NCBI GenBank assembly: GCA_951406725.2
Contig: OX597818.1
Location: 23,560,001-23,624,000, forward strand
Source: Octopus vulgaris
Taxonomy: Eukaryota
Length of the DNA stretch: 64,000 nt
Reading direction: 5' to 3'
Positions 45,318 to 57,131 of this stretch are shown piece by piece (the stretch's first letter is position 1; each line of letters opens with the position of its first letter). The notes under the pieces were generated by a model. The model saw nothing but the letters and a program-made list of their open reading frames with translations. It did not search any database and was not told the DNA's origin. The translations under genes and the position numbers were made by a program.

Positions 45318-47967
45318 TTAAAATATTTATGCTCATATAAAAGTGCTACATAATGCTAGTTGCAACAATCAGCATATCTGTATTGAGAGTAAAATATTAC
45401 TATGATTCCTCAATGCAAATTTATTGTTGACATGACCAAAACTTGAAACATTATCTAGAATCCTACTTGCTACTTACATACCATGTTATTTATTGAATCT
45501 TTATGCTTAAAAATTGCAAACCTAAATTATTTGTTGAGAAGGTTGGCACTTGTCCTTTGCAATGTTTTCATATTTTGGCAGGAAATTTTTTTCTATTTTT
45601 ACTCAAAAATATCTAGTTGTAATAAAGGAAGACAGAAATATATAGTACAAGCTTATATCCAAAGACCTCATCTTTGGCAATATGACAGTGTTGGTGATGG
45701 TGATAGTGATGATGATGAGGAGGATGGGGAAGATGATGATTATGATTGAAAATTCTTCTAACTGTTATCTGTTAAGATTTTGATTCCAGTTCTTCACTCT
45801 ACTGTTTATAGATTTACTTCAGAGACACTTGGTAATACTCCTAACCAAATTTCAACTACCATCTATATAGCTATAGAGAATTCAATATTAAACTTTTTAA
45901 GCATTTTCAAATTAGTGAAACCTTTTTATGTGTACATATGTGTATATTCTATCTTCTATCCCTGACTAACTGCTTACACAACTAATAGACATTGTGTTTT
46001 GGATTGGACCAAATCCCAAATAATAAGGATCTCAAAAAGTACTGAAATTTAAAAAAAAGAAACTCTTGTAAGAATACACTTCTTGTAAATCCCTTTGTAT
46101 ATAGAATACACATACACATAAGAAACTGGAAGAATATTTAAAAAACAAAACTATTCTTAGAAGCTATACATGTATAGAAGTAGGTTTGTACATATATAAA
46201 TATATACACCATGTGCACACACACACACATACATGCATACACTTTCCTTTCTTTTATTTTCTATATTTAAAATCTTGTAAATATTATATACCTGTATCTG
46301 ACAAAAGAACCAGAGACAATTTGGGTGAATTGTTTTGGCCAAATGTTGTTTTTACTAGCTTTTTTTTTTATTCATTCTCTCTATCTCTCTCTTTCTCTCT
46401 CTTGTTTGAATCTTCTTAGATTTAAGTTATATCCAGTCTCTTACCCAATTGTTTGCTTCACACACTCTGCCATTGAATATATCTTTTCTCAATACAGAAG
46501 CTGTATTTTAATTAAATTCTGTAATAAAATAAATTGTTCAATTTGCTTTCATTTTATTTTAAATTTAATTTGAGGTAAACATGCTGCATGGATATGATAT
46601 TGCACTATCACTGATGTGTTGTGAGTATTGCATTTGTGTTTCAGGACAAGACACTTGGTGCTTCAGAAGAAGTCACCTGAAAAACACATTCTTAGATAAC
46701 AAATCACTGTCACTCTCAAACACAAAAATAGAGCTTCTATTGTGTCTGCTTATTTTACCTTACTACAAGTATCTTCTGAGAAAGTTATATGTAACACATA
46801 TTATCAGGACTTAAGATCACACTGTTCAGTTTTCTCACCAAAGTTATATTTATCTAAGAGTGACTGGAACACGAGAATGGCATCTGTATTGTCCAATGCA
46901 TTTCAAAGTATTTCAAAGGAGAAATGGAACACTTAAATGTCAGAATAGAGAAGCACCTAAAGCCTTAATAAGTGGAGAAACATCCAAACCAGAAAAGGAC
47001 TGACTATATATGATGCATGAATGGAAATCGTATATCACTATTGAAAGAAATTTTCATACCTGATAGAGAACTGCAACGGAAATTTAGAAAAACCAACAAC
47101 ATATATAGATAACAACCTATTTTCTGAAGGTTAATTAACACATTCATATCAGTGTTTATGCTATTGTATGCCAAAGGACTAGGTTTTTGTACATTTGTGG
47201 CAACATTGTTTGTTCAGGGCTTAAAAGGTTGCAGTACACAGTTCATTGCTTCTGCAAGTGTAAGAACATCAGAAGATTGTTTTAAGAATGTCTTCTAGTT
47301 GTTGTTGAAGGCATTAGACCAGTGGTTAGGATATAGCACTAACACTCAGCTGTAAATGAATAATCTTACAACAGACTGGTGTCCCATTCGGGGAGTATGT
47401 TGTGATTCAAGGAAACTGATTAACTGACCCCATGAGTTCTAGGTTTTGAAGCAGTAATGTCCAGGGAATTATTTTCTCTAGTTGTTTGGTAGTAAAATAA
47501 TGGTACCACAGCATGGAAAATAAAGTAGCCTGCTGATCTACTCGATTCAGTATTATGGGATTTTATTCTTCTGTCAAAACCTCTCCTCTTGAAAGTACTG
47601 GACTTTGGGAAACAATTCACAGCAATTAAGATAGTGATGTATTTCAGAAAGATATTGTTATGCTGTAACAATCCTTATTGGTTCACAGAGAAGGATGAAC
47701 TACTATTGAATCTGTCCAATAACTTCTTGTAGATGGTGCTGAGATGGCTAATATTGTGGGTTTCTTCATCCTTGATAGTCTTAGAAATTGAACTTTCCCA
47801 GACAGCCTGGCAAACTTACATAATATGAAGAACCACACTTTGGACAGATTTAGAAAAGACTTGCTGGATGTATTCAAGGAATTTGACTTAGATATGATTA
47901 TGAGTATCATCCTAACAATAGCTAACTTTGAAGACATTACATTAGTTCTTAAACAGGTTAGTACACT

Positions 47968-48212
47968 CAGGGCCAGTGCTAGGAAGTGTGGAGCCCAATT
48001 AGAGAAATGTCAGTGGGGCTCTCTATTCTACAAAAACTGAAGACTGGTGTTTTTTGCTTCATGTAGTACCCCAGACCCAGCTAAAATGTATTGAGGGCCT
48101 GATATACTAAAAATTCACAGTATCCTCAAGCGTGTGTGCAAAGGGGAGGGGCCTCTCTTGGCACAGGACCCAATTTGAACAAATCTGTCTAATTGGCTTA
48201 AAACTGGCTCTG
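47968..48212. mobile_element. hAT-type MITE (245 bp) with perfect 8-bp TSD
   Basis: TSD AGTACACT at 47960-47967 and 48213-48220; TIR CAGGGCCAGT / ACTGGCTCTG. Confidence 0.85.
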
Positions 48213-48480
48213 AGTACACTATCCCTATAAAAAGCCAAGGTAAAGACTGTAAACATCCTCAAAACTTCAACAGTACAATTAGAAACTAAGCAGTTAATGT
48301 AGGAGACTGTTCGACCTACCGTCAGACAAAAAAAGAAATGGACAAAGTATTCCCATTCTATAACATGGTACTAGAAGGAGCGGTTTTAGTGAGGATAAAC
48401 CTCTCATTTAGAGAAACATTAGAAAGAGAAATGTAATCTGGTTTACTCCACCTTCATCACATGAATTTGATGTCTCCATA

Positions 48481-49360
48481 TACATTGTCTGATCAATAAG
48501 TATCCAGACTTGCCATAGTAAAGAAGCTAAAGCATGCAGAGTGAAGCCACTTGGCAAAGATTGACCTTAAACTCTGCTGTGCATGCACACTAAGTTTTAA
48601 CGTTCTAGCTCACTTCCACTGTTTACAGCAGTACCTGGAAGGAAGGTGTGTAGCATGTGATCTTTGCATTGACCATGACAATGTTGAGCAGAGAATCTGC
48701 ATCAAATTTTTCTAAAAGCTTGGCAATACCTATTCAGAGGCCCATACAAAGTTTTCATCATTCTCACTACAATGAAAGAGCTCTTGTGCAACTGAAACCC
48801 GAGTGTCTTTTTGGTCAGCTGAAAACAGTTTTGGCACAAACTTGGCAGACACACGTCTCATACCCAGATCTTCAGTGATAATGGACAGAACCGAATAATA
48901 ACTAATCTGCACATCTTCTGATAACTCACAAATGATTTGATAATTTCCCCTCACAGCTGCATGCATATCTGTGACGTTTCTCTCAGTTCTGCTGGTTGTG
49001 AGTCTCCCAGAATGTTCATCAATATCGACATTTTTTTGGCCATCTTGGAAACGTCTGAACCACTTGTACACTTGTGTGCAGCTCATACAATCCTCTCCAT
49101 ACACTTTCTGCAACTTTGTGTAAGCCTCTGAGCAGGTATCACCATGGCAACTTTCTCCATCATGATCAATGCGACAATCACATGCTACACACCTTCCTTC
49201 CAAGCATTACTGTAAACAGTGGCAGTGAGTTAGAATGTTAAAACTTAGTGTGCATGCACAGCAGAATTCAAGGTCAATCTTTGCCAAGTAGCTTTACTCT
49301 GCATGCTTTAACTTCATTACTATGGCAACAGTCCGGATATTTATTGATCAGGCCACTATA
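48481..49360. mobile_element. Mariner-derived foldback element made of two inverted left ends
   Basis: ~250-270-bp inverted arms (48481-48753 and 49111-49360), TA-flanked. Minus-strand transposase N-terminus SEAYTKLQKVYGEDCMSCTQVYKWFRRFQDG...SGR...LGMRRVSAKFVPKL. Confidence 0.88.
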
Positions 49361-50109
49361 TAAGTAGGAATTTCCTGTTTACTTGTAAAGAGCTACTTCC
49401 AACCAATATACACACATCTTAAGTTCTTTAATGCACACAATGCTTAGATAACATCGCTTCCACCAACAAATACCACAATTGGAAGCACACCGCTGCTCAA
49501 CCCCATTCTACAGCTATCTTCCCATTGTTGAAATCAGGGCATCTTGCCTCTCCAAAAAGAATTCTACCAAGTAATAGTTACTCCACCTCTGATGTGTTAC
49601 TGCTAATGACTTAGAGGACATTCCATCAACGTCTGCACTACTTTAGCTCTGGGAGTAAGGAAAATTCCACTTTCCTCTCAATTTACCTAGAAGCTTAGGA
49701 ATCAAGGATACAATCCTTCTATTATAACTTGGAACGATGTTGACAACACCACTCCATAGTCTAAAGAATACTGAAACAGCTTACAATAACCATCAATAGA
49801 ACATCCAGTGTTATTTAACTGTCACCACAAGCAAAGATTTTCCCTAAAGAATTATTGGTTGCTTCAGTCATACATCATATTACTCCACTATTCCTTGGTC
49901 TCTGCAAGTTATCTGTCTTAATAGGGATATTTGAAGTCAGAAATTTTTTTCATATCTCCACTTTGAATGAATTTTCAGCTGTCAATTTTCATCCTGAGTC
50001 AACATAACTTAATAAATTCTAACCATAAGACATGTAGAGTACTCTCCCTTGTTGATGAATATGAATGAATTAATACACATGCACGTATATGTGTGTGTGT
50101 GTGTGTGCG

Positions 50110-50300
50110 TGTAGTTCAAATTTATAGAAAAACAAAGATGAAGACAGGTGTAGAAACAACAAGCAAGTGTATTAGTTTGATGATTGGGAAAAAATGGAAA
50201 AGTCTTTTACATTTCGAGCCTACACTCTTCAACAGAAAAGAATAAGAGGAACTAAATAGAGAGAGAATGAAAAAAATGTGTTGAGTTCAGTGGCTCAACA
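50110..50300 (-). mobile_element. Solo Penelope-like pseudo-LTR end with HHR-like motif
   Basis: Homologous to the PLE 3' ends at 54050-54240 and 59095-59260. Confidence 0.7.
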
Positions 50301-50830
50301 TGCAGCCAAATACTCTGTTAGCTCTCAGTTAACTTCCAGGTAATGGCTAACCACCTCGATCAGTATTTAACATCTGTGACAACGATTTATTGCAAATCAC
50401 TCCATGAATTCTTCCAATAGGTAATTCCATATATGCTTCACTGGATGGCAAACACAATAGGACTTTGAGAGGTATAAGGATAATTCTTGATAGCCAATAT
50501 CCCAACAACATTTATGTTTGATATAATAACTATCCCAATAACTATTCATGCTCTAGTGAAGGATAACTGAGCTACTGACTTGTGCCAATATCTTCTCCCC
50601 GCCACCATATGCAGTACTCTATAGAAGGAACTGATATCACTGATGTCACTATGCCATAACCTACCTCCAAAGTAGCACCAACATCCTGTCCAAGCATATG
50701 AGCATAAAAATGAAAATAGCCGACATTCCTTTATTAGCATTAATACCAATGTGACCTGAGCTGATCAATAGCGCCATTAACACCTAAAAACCATCTTGAA
50801 TTTCTTTCAAACCTTCCACTCTACTTCTGA

Positions 50831-50882
50831 ACATCTGCTGAGATGGGTGTGTCCTACACACCCATGAAACATTAAGTCATGT
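50831..50882 (+). ncRNA. Type I hammerhead ribozyme-like motif (core variant CUGCUGA)
   Basis: ACAT-CTGCTGA-G-ATGGGTGTGT(CCT)ACACACCCAT-GAAAC(ATTAA)GTC-ATGT: stems I, II and III plus a GUC cleavage triplet. Confidence 0.65.
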
Positions 50883-50960
50883 GGAACTGAGTCAAACTAT
50901 TATTATACATATATGTATGTATGTATGAGTGTGAGTGTATACACACATATATACATATAG

Positions 50961-51019
<59 letters not shown>

Positions 51020-51023
<4 letters not shown>

Positions 51024-51225
51024 ATCCAAACAAGAAAGCACAAAAAAACACAACACGAGGACGTGGAACAAATATAGTATTATTGGACGCTCAGGAAAGA
51101 AGGAAAGAAGGAAGGTTTAACGTTTCAAGTGGAGCTCTTCATCGGAAACATAGGAGAAGGAAAGATCCAGAGAAGGGAAGACAGAGGGGAAAAAATCACC
51201 AACGGTACACACACGGTCACATTTT
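51020..51225 (-). mobile_element. Short non-autonomous element in (TA)n carrying a minimal hammerhead-like motif (51115-51149)
   Basis: Reverse complement GTTT-CCGATGA-AGAGCTCCACTT-GAAAC-GTT-AAAC; (TA)n on both sides. Confidence 0.6.
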
Positions 51226-51244
51226 GAATATATATATATGTATG

Positions 51245-51284
<40 letters not shown>

Positions 51285-51303
51285 CATACACATATATATA
51301 TAA

Positions 51304-51340
<37 letters not shown>

Positions 51341-51343
<3 letters not shown>

Positions 51344-52792
51344 TCATCATCATCATCGTTTAACATCCGCTTTCCATGCTAGCATGGGTTGGACGATTTT
51401 GACTGAGGGCTGGCGAACCAGATGGCTGCACCAGGCTCCAATCTTGATCTGGCAGAGTTTCTACAGCTGGATGCCTTTCCTAACGCCAACCACTTCGAGA
51501 GTATAGTGGGTGCGTTTTACGTGCCACCAGCATGGGGGCCAGTCAAGCAGTACTGGCAATGACCTTGCTTGAATCTTTTTACACATGCCACCGGCACAGG
51601 TGCCAGTAAAGCGACGCTGGTAACGATCACACTCGAATGGTGCCCTTTTACACGCCACCAGCACAGAAGCCAGTTAGCAGCTCTGGCAACGATCACACTA
51701 GGATGGTGCTCTTGGCACCCTTCTAGTGCGGGCACAAGTGCCAGTAAGATGATGCTGGTAACGATCACACTTGAATAGTACCTTTTATGTGCCCCTGGCA
51801 TGGAAGCCGGTTAGCCGCTATGTCAACAATCATACTCGTATGGTGCTCTTTGGACTCCGCCAGCACGGATGCCAGTCATCGAATTTGATTTTGATTTTGA
51901 TTTCACTTGCCTCAACAGGTCTTTGCAAGCAGAGTATAGTGTCCAAAGAAGGAAAAGGTATGCATAAGTGGGCTGGTTACACTCCTGGCATAGGCCACAG
52001 GTTATGGTCTCATTTGGCTTGCCGGGTCTTCTCAAGCACAGCATATTTCCAAAAGTCTCGGTCACTAGTCATTTCTTTGGTGAGGCCGAAAGTTCGAAGG
52101 TCGTGCTTCACCACTTCATCCCAGGTCTTCCTGGGTCTACCTCTTCCACAGGTTCCCTCAACTGCTAGGGTGTGGCACTTTTTCACACAGCTACCCTCAT
52201 CCATTCTCGCCACATGACCATACCAGTGCAGTCATCTCTCTTGCACACCATATCTGATGCTTCTTAGATCCAACTTTTCTCTCAAGGTACTTACACTCTG
52301 TCGAGTATGCACAATTACATTACACATCCATCAGATCATACTGGCTTCATTCCTTGAGCTTACGTATGTTCTCAGCAGTCACAGCCCATGTTTCCCTGCC
52401 ATGTAGCATAGCTATTCATACACAAGCATCATACAGTCTACCTTTTACTCTGAGCGAGAGGCTCTTTGTCACCAGCAGAGGTAAGAGCTCTTTGAACTTT
52501 GCCCAAGCTATTCTTATTCTAGCAGCTACACTTTCAGCGCACCCTCCCCTGCTACTGACTTGGTCACCTAGGTAATAGAAGCTATCAACTACTTCTAGTT
52601 TTTCTCCCAGGAATGTAGCGGAAGTTGTTCTCTGTGCATTTTCACTGTTTATTGCTCCTGAGCATCTGCCACATACAAAAACTATTCTCCCAGTTAGCCT
52701 TCCTTTGATATTACTGCACCTCTTATGTGTCCATAGCTTACACTGGGTACATCTTATAGAGTTTCTACCTACACCTCTACTACAGATTGGCC
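51341..52792 (-). mobile_element. 5'-truncated RTE-clade LINE inserted in (TA)n
   Basis: [25 protein letters not shown]...[15 protein letters not shown]...RIRIAWAKFKELLPLL...GRGRPRKTWDEVVKHDL; (GAT)n tail. Confidence 0.92.
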
Positions 52793-53209
52793 ATATATAT
52801 ATGTATATATATATAAGAAAAAAATAAAAACAAGGAGAGAAGGAAGGAGGAAGAAATAGAGGGGAAAGGAGAAGAAAGGGAGAAGACAAAAAGAAAGAAA
52901 GGGAGGGAGAGAGAGGTAAAGTAACAATGTGCGGATTGAGAGAAAACAGTAAGAAGAAACGACAATAGGAAAAAGCAGAAAGTACAAAAAATGTTCAGTG
53001 AAGTTCAAAAGATTCAAATGTCATGGTGTATTGGAGCGATTTCTCATCAATGGAAGAGTCCAGTGTAATGCATGTGAAAACCAGGTGGAAGTCCAAAGTG
53101 AAGGAGAATAAATAATCCAGGTAGAATAGTCTGAAGTGCAGAAGGTGTAGAAAATCAAAGTGCATGAGGTAGAGACAGGATGAAACTAGCACGACCATGT
53201 GAGCGTGCA

Positions 53210-53244
<35 letters not shown>

Positions 53245-53249
<5 letters not shown>

Positions 53250-54240
53250 GTACATCTCCTGCTCTCTCTGTTCTTCTCTGTACATTGGCCAAATGGGTTG
53301 CCACTTGGCTGACAGGTTTGTGGAGCACCTCTGAGACATCAGACTCGGCAACTGGTCTCGCGCCATTTCCATTCTACCAGTCATTCTTTACAACACCTGT
53401 CTGTGTTTGGATTGTCTTTGCACAGCCATCCAGACACCTGTCTTTGCCATGAAAAGGAGTTAATCTTCTCTCTTCACTCCTTTGCACCATATGGGCTCAA
53501 CTCTCCTCCCCTCTTCATCTAACCCCTTCTTCTCTCCTCTCTTCCTCTCACACCTATTTCCTCCCTTCACTCCCATCCACCTCTCCACTCTCACTCCGAC
53601 ACCTACTTCCTTTCTTCACTACTACCCACCTTCTCCCTTCCAGCCTCTCCCTTCATCATCACCCCCTCCATAGTTGCCCAAACCCTACACATTTTCACCC
53701 CACCATCCCTATACATCCCATCCCACCCCACCCCACCCTATCCCACACATTCCACTCCCACATACCCCACCCACACCACACCTTTGTATCCCCCATCCTG
53801 CCTCCCACACACCCCAACACCACCACACATCACACCCCACCACACACTAGCACTGACACTTCCCAGCACCCACACCGTTATCCACAAACCTACACATCCA
53901 CACATCAAGGTAACCAGCCCCTATCCACATGCACATACATGCTCTCATATACACATGCATGCGCACTTTCGTTTTGGGATCACCACTACTTTTTTTATCT
54001 CCCCTTCTTCCTAGCTCTCCTGCCTGGCTACCTCTGTCCGGCATTCACCATGATTGATCGCAAGCCACTAAACCTTTTTTATTTTCTCTCTCTGCTTATT
54101 TCTGTGTCCCTTTCTGTTGAAGAGCATAGGCTAGAAACGTAAAAGACGTTCCCACTTCCCAAGCATTAAACTAATACATCTCTTTGTTGTTTACACACCT
54201 GTCTTCATCTTTTATTCTGTTTTTTTTTTGTAAATTCCAA
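53245..54240 (+). mobile_element. Penelope-like element 3' part (GIY-YIG relic, C-rich UTR, HHR-like motif at 54106-54147)
   Basis: YISCSLCSSLYIGQMGCHLADRFVEHL*DIR; homologous in inverted orientation to 59095-60090. Confidence 0.85.
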
Positions 54241-54379
54241 TTATATATGTATGTATGTGTGTGTGTGTGTGTGTATATATATACATACATATATATATAA
54301 GTCCCAGTGTTGATTTGTTTGAATAAAAGCAGTGCTCCAGCATGGCTGCAATCAAATGACTGGAACAAATAAAAGAATA

Positions 54380-54421
<42 letters not shown>

Positions 54422-54756
54422 TAGAATGAAAAATGTGAGCAAGGTATATAACAATACTCTTAAGTATTTAATGAATCTAGAAAAATACAGGACAAGAAGA
54501 AAGCCTAAAATAAAAGAAAAGAGCTTAAAATATTGCAGCTCAAATAAAATTTGAATAAAATATTCAAAATAAGCCAAGCAATTCAATACTGATCAACCAT
54601 CTTTTACCCAAGAAGCAAGCCTAAAATAAAAGTGCTTAAAATACAGCAGATAGATATAAAATTCAATAAAAATAATTTGATGCCTTATCATAAATTCCCA
54701 TCTACCAAATAAAAATTGTTTTAAGATTTTTGAAACAGAAATTCATTTTTGTTCAT

Positions 54757-55387
54757 TTGTGCTTGAGAAGACTCAGCAAGCCCAAGTGAGACCATAACCT
54801 TGTCGCCTCTGCTAGGGGTGTAACCAGCCTACTTATGTGTACCTTTCCTTCATTGGACACTAAACTCTGCTTGCGAAGACCTGTTGAGGCAAGTGAAATC
54901 AAAATTGAAAAAATCAAATTCGATGACTGGCATCTGTGTTAATGGAGCACTAAGAGTACCATATGAGCGTGATCGTTGCCAGAGCAACAAACTTCCCGCC
55001 GTGCTGGTGGAACGTAAAAAGCACCATTTGAGCATGATCGTTATGTGCGTCGCCTTACTGCCACTTGTGCTGGTGGCACGTGAAAAAACATTCGAGCGAG
55101 GTCGTTGTCAGTGCCGCTGGATTGGCTTCTGTGCAGGTGGCACATAAAAAGCACCATTTGAGCGTGGCTGTTGCCAGTACTGCCTGACTGGCCCTCGTGC
55201 CGGAGGCACATAAAAGTACCCACTACACTCTCAGTGTGGTTGGTGTTAGGAAGGGCATCCAGCTGTAGAAACTCTGCCAGATCAGATTGGAGTCTGGTGC
55301 AGCCATCTGATTCACCAGACCTCAGTCAAATCGTCCAACCCATGCTAGAAGGGAAAGCAGACGTTAAACGATAATAATGATGATGAT
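54757..55387 (+). mobile_element. RTE-clade LINE 3' UTR
   Basis: Reverse-complement homology to 51341-52040, including the internal subrepeats; ends GACGTTAAACGATAATAATGATG. Confidence 0.85.
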
Positions 55388-55523
55388 TATTAATACAATG
55401 TTATAAAGATGATCTTTATTTTCATTCATTATGACTAACTCTATGACATCTGCATTTATTTGAGGAAAACTTAGATTCACCAAACAGTAAAATAATTCAA
55501 ATTTTAAAAGTAAAATAATTGTA

Positions 55524-55665
55524 GGCGTAGGAGTGGCTGTGTGGTAAGTAGCTTGCTTATGAACCACATGGTTCCGGGTTCAGTCCCACTGTATGGCACC
55601 TTGGGCAAGTATCTTCTGACCAAAGCTTTGAGAGGATTTGGTAGACGGAAACTGAAAGAAGCCAG

Positions 55666-55753
<88 letters not shown>

Positions 55754-55953
55754 TTGTGTCTGTCTCCCCAACATCGCTTGACAACCGATGCTGGTGTGTT
55801 TACGTCCCCCTAACTTAGCAGTTCGGCAAAATAGACCGATAGAATAAGTACTAGGTTACAAAGAATAAGTCCTGGGGTGGATTTGCTTGACTAAAGGTGG
55901 TGCTCCAGCATGGCCACAGTCAAATGACTGAAACAAGTAAACGAGTAAAAGAG
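55524..55953 (+). mobile_element. Near full-length tRNA-derived SINE, family 2, with internal (TA)n/(TG)n
   Basis: GGCGTAGGAGTGGCTGTGTGGTAAG...GGGTTCAGTCCC head; tail GAAACAAGTAAACGAGTAAAAGAG. Confidence 0.85.
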
Positions 55954-56811
55954 CACCAAAAATAAAACAAAGAAAACATTTAATTACATAAACAGGCTTA
56001 AATTTTACTGTAGTCAAACATTTAATTTATTTACCTACTTTCTTTACATTTGTAAAAAGTTTTAGAAAATGAAAAAAAATCTTTACTCATGTTACAAAAT
56101 ATGGCAGTTATCACTTTATTTTCATATATTGAAATAATTTAAAATTTATTTACAGTCAAGCTTAGCAATAGAGAAATATTTTGGGTGAAGATGGTTGATC
56201 AGTATTGGATAGCTTGGTTTATTTGAATATCTCATTTAATTGGCAACCTATTCAAATTTTATTTTAGCTGCAATATTTTTAAGCTCTTTTATTTTAGGCT
56301 TACTTCTTGTCATGTATTTTTCCAGGTTTATTAAATACTTAAGAATATTGTTATCCCTTGCTCACATTTTTCATTCTCGTTCACTTTTTTTTACAGGTGA
56401 TGCAATAAATTTAGCTTACTTTTTACATATTATTTCATTTCTTATTGATCAATAATTGATGCCTATTCATTTTTGTTAGAAATTCTAAATTGAATAGCAC
56501 ATTCTTTACATTGAATATTATGAAATCTGCCTATTTAGAATTAATTTTCTAATTAATATTTATCAGAAATAATTCTTTTTAAAAGAGAGCAATAATAGGA
56601 AAATATAAAGCACTAATTATGAGCAATGAAGAATCAAATGAATTAGGAGAGAAGTTCGACTAAAATACAAAACAATTATAGACTGGATTTTCTGTTTGCC
56701 TTGTATTGATGAGTTGTCATTTAAGTATCTTTCTAATTGTAACACATATATTTACAACTGGCAATTATTGAAAGCTGCATAACTTGTTTTCTCATTAATA
56801 TACTTTTATGG

Positions 56812-57042
56812 GGCGGCAAGCTGGCAGAATTATTAGCATGCCAGGTGAAATGCCAAGCAGTATTTTGTCTGACGTTACACTCTGAGTTCAAATTCCACTG
56901 AGGTCGACTTTGCCTTTCATCCTTTCGGGGTCGATTAAATAAATACCAGTTACGTGGTAGGGTTGATGTAATCAACTTAATCCCTTTGTCTGTCCTTGTT
57001 TGTCCCCTTTATGTTTAGCCCCCTGTGGGCAATAAAGAAATA
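56812..57042 (+). mobile_element. Full-length tRNA-derived SINE, family 1, with 17-bp TSD
   Basis: Homologous to the 23293 copy; TSD AATATACTTTTATGGGG / AATATATTTTTATGGGG. Confidence 0.9.
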
Positions 57043-57131
57043 AATATATTTTTATGGGGTTAGCATAGAAAAACAAGTGAAATGATGAATGAACAAATGA
57101 ATGAATGAATATATATTTATAAATGTATAGG

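Larger units (their letters stand above)
47700..49900 (+). mobile_element. Degraded Penelope-like element ORF, interrupted by two DNA transposons
   Basis: DGAEMANIVGFFILDSL, DSLANLHNMKNHTLDRFRKDLLDVFKEFDL...ANFEDITL, YPYKKP and RKRNVIWFTPP match the PLE RT/thumb pattern (DGAE.CELVG.YIL; YRDDGL; VNFLDVT; KRNIIWFNPP). Boundaries approximate. Confidence 0.7.
54421..56379. repeat. ~190-bp inverted repeat pair (54421-54611 / 56181-56379) enclosing younger RTE and SINE insertions
   Basis: AGAATGAAAAATGTGAGCAAGG...AATACTGATCAACCATCTT is mirrored by AAGATGGTTGATCAGTATT...CCTTGCTCACATTTTTCATTCT. Confidence 0.8.
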
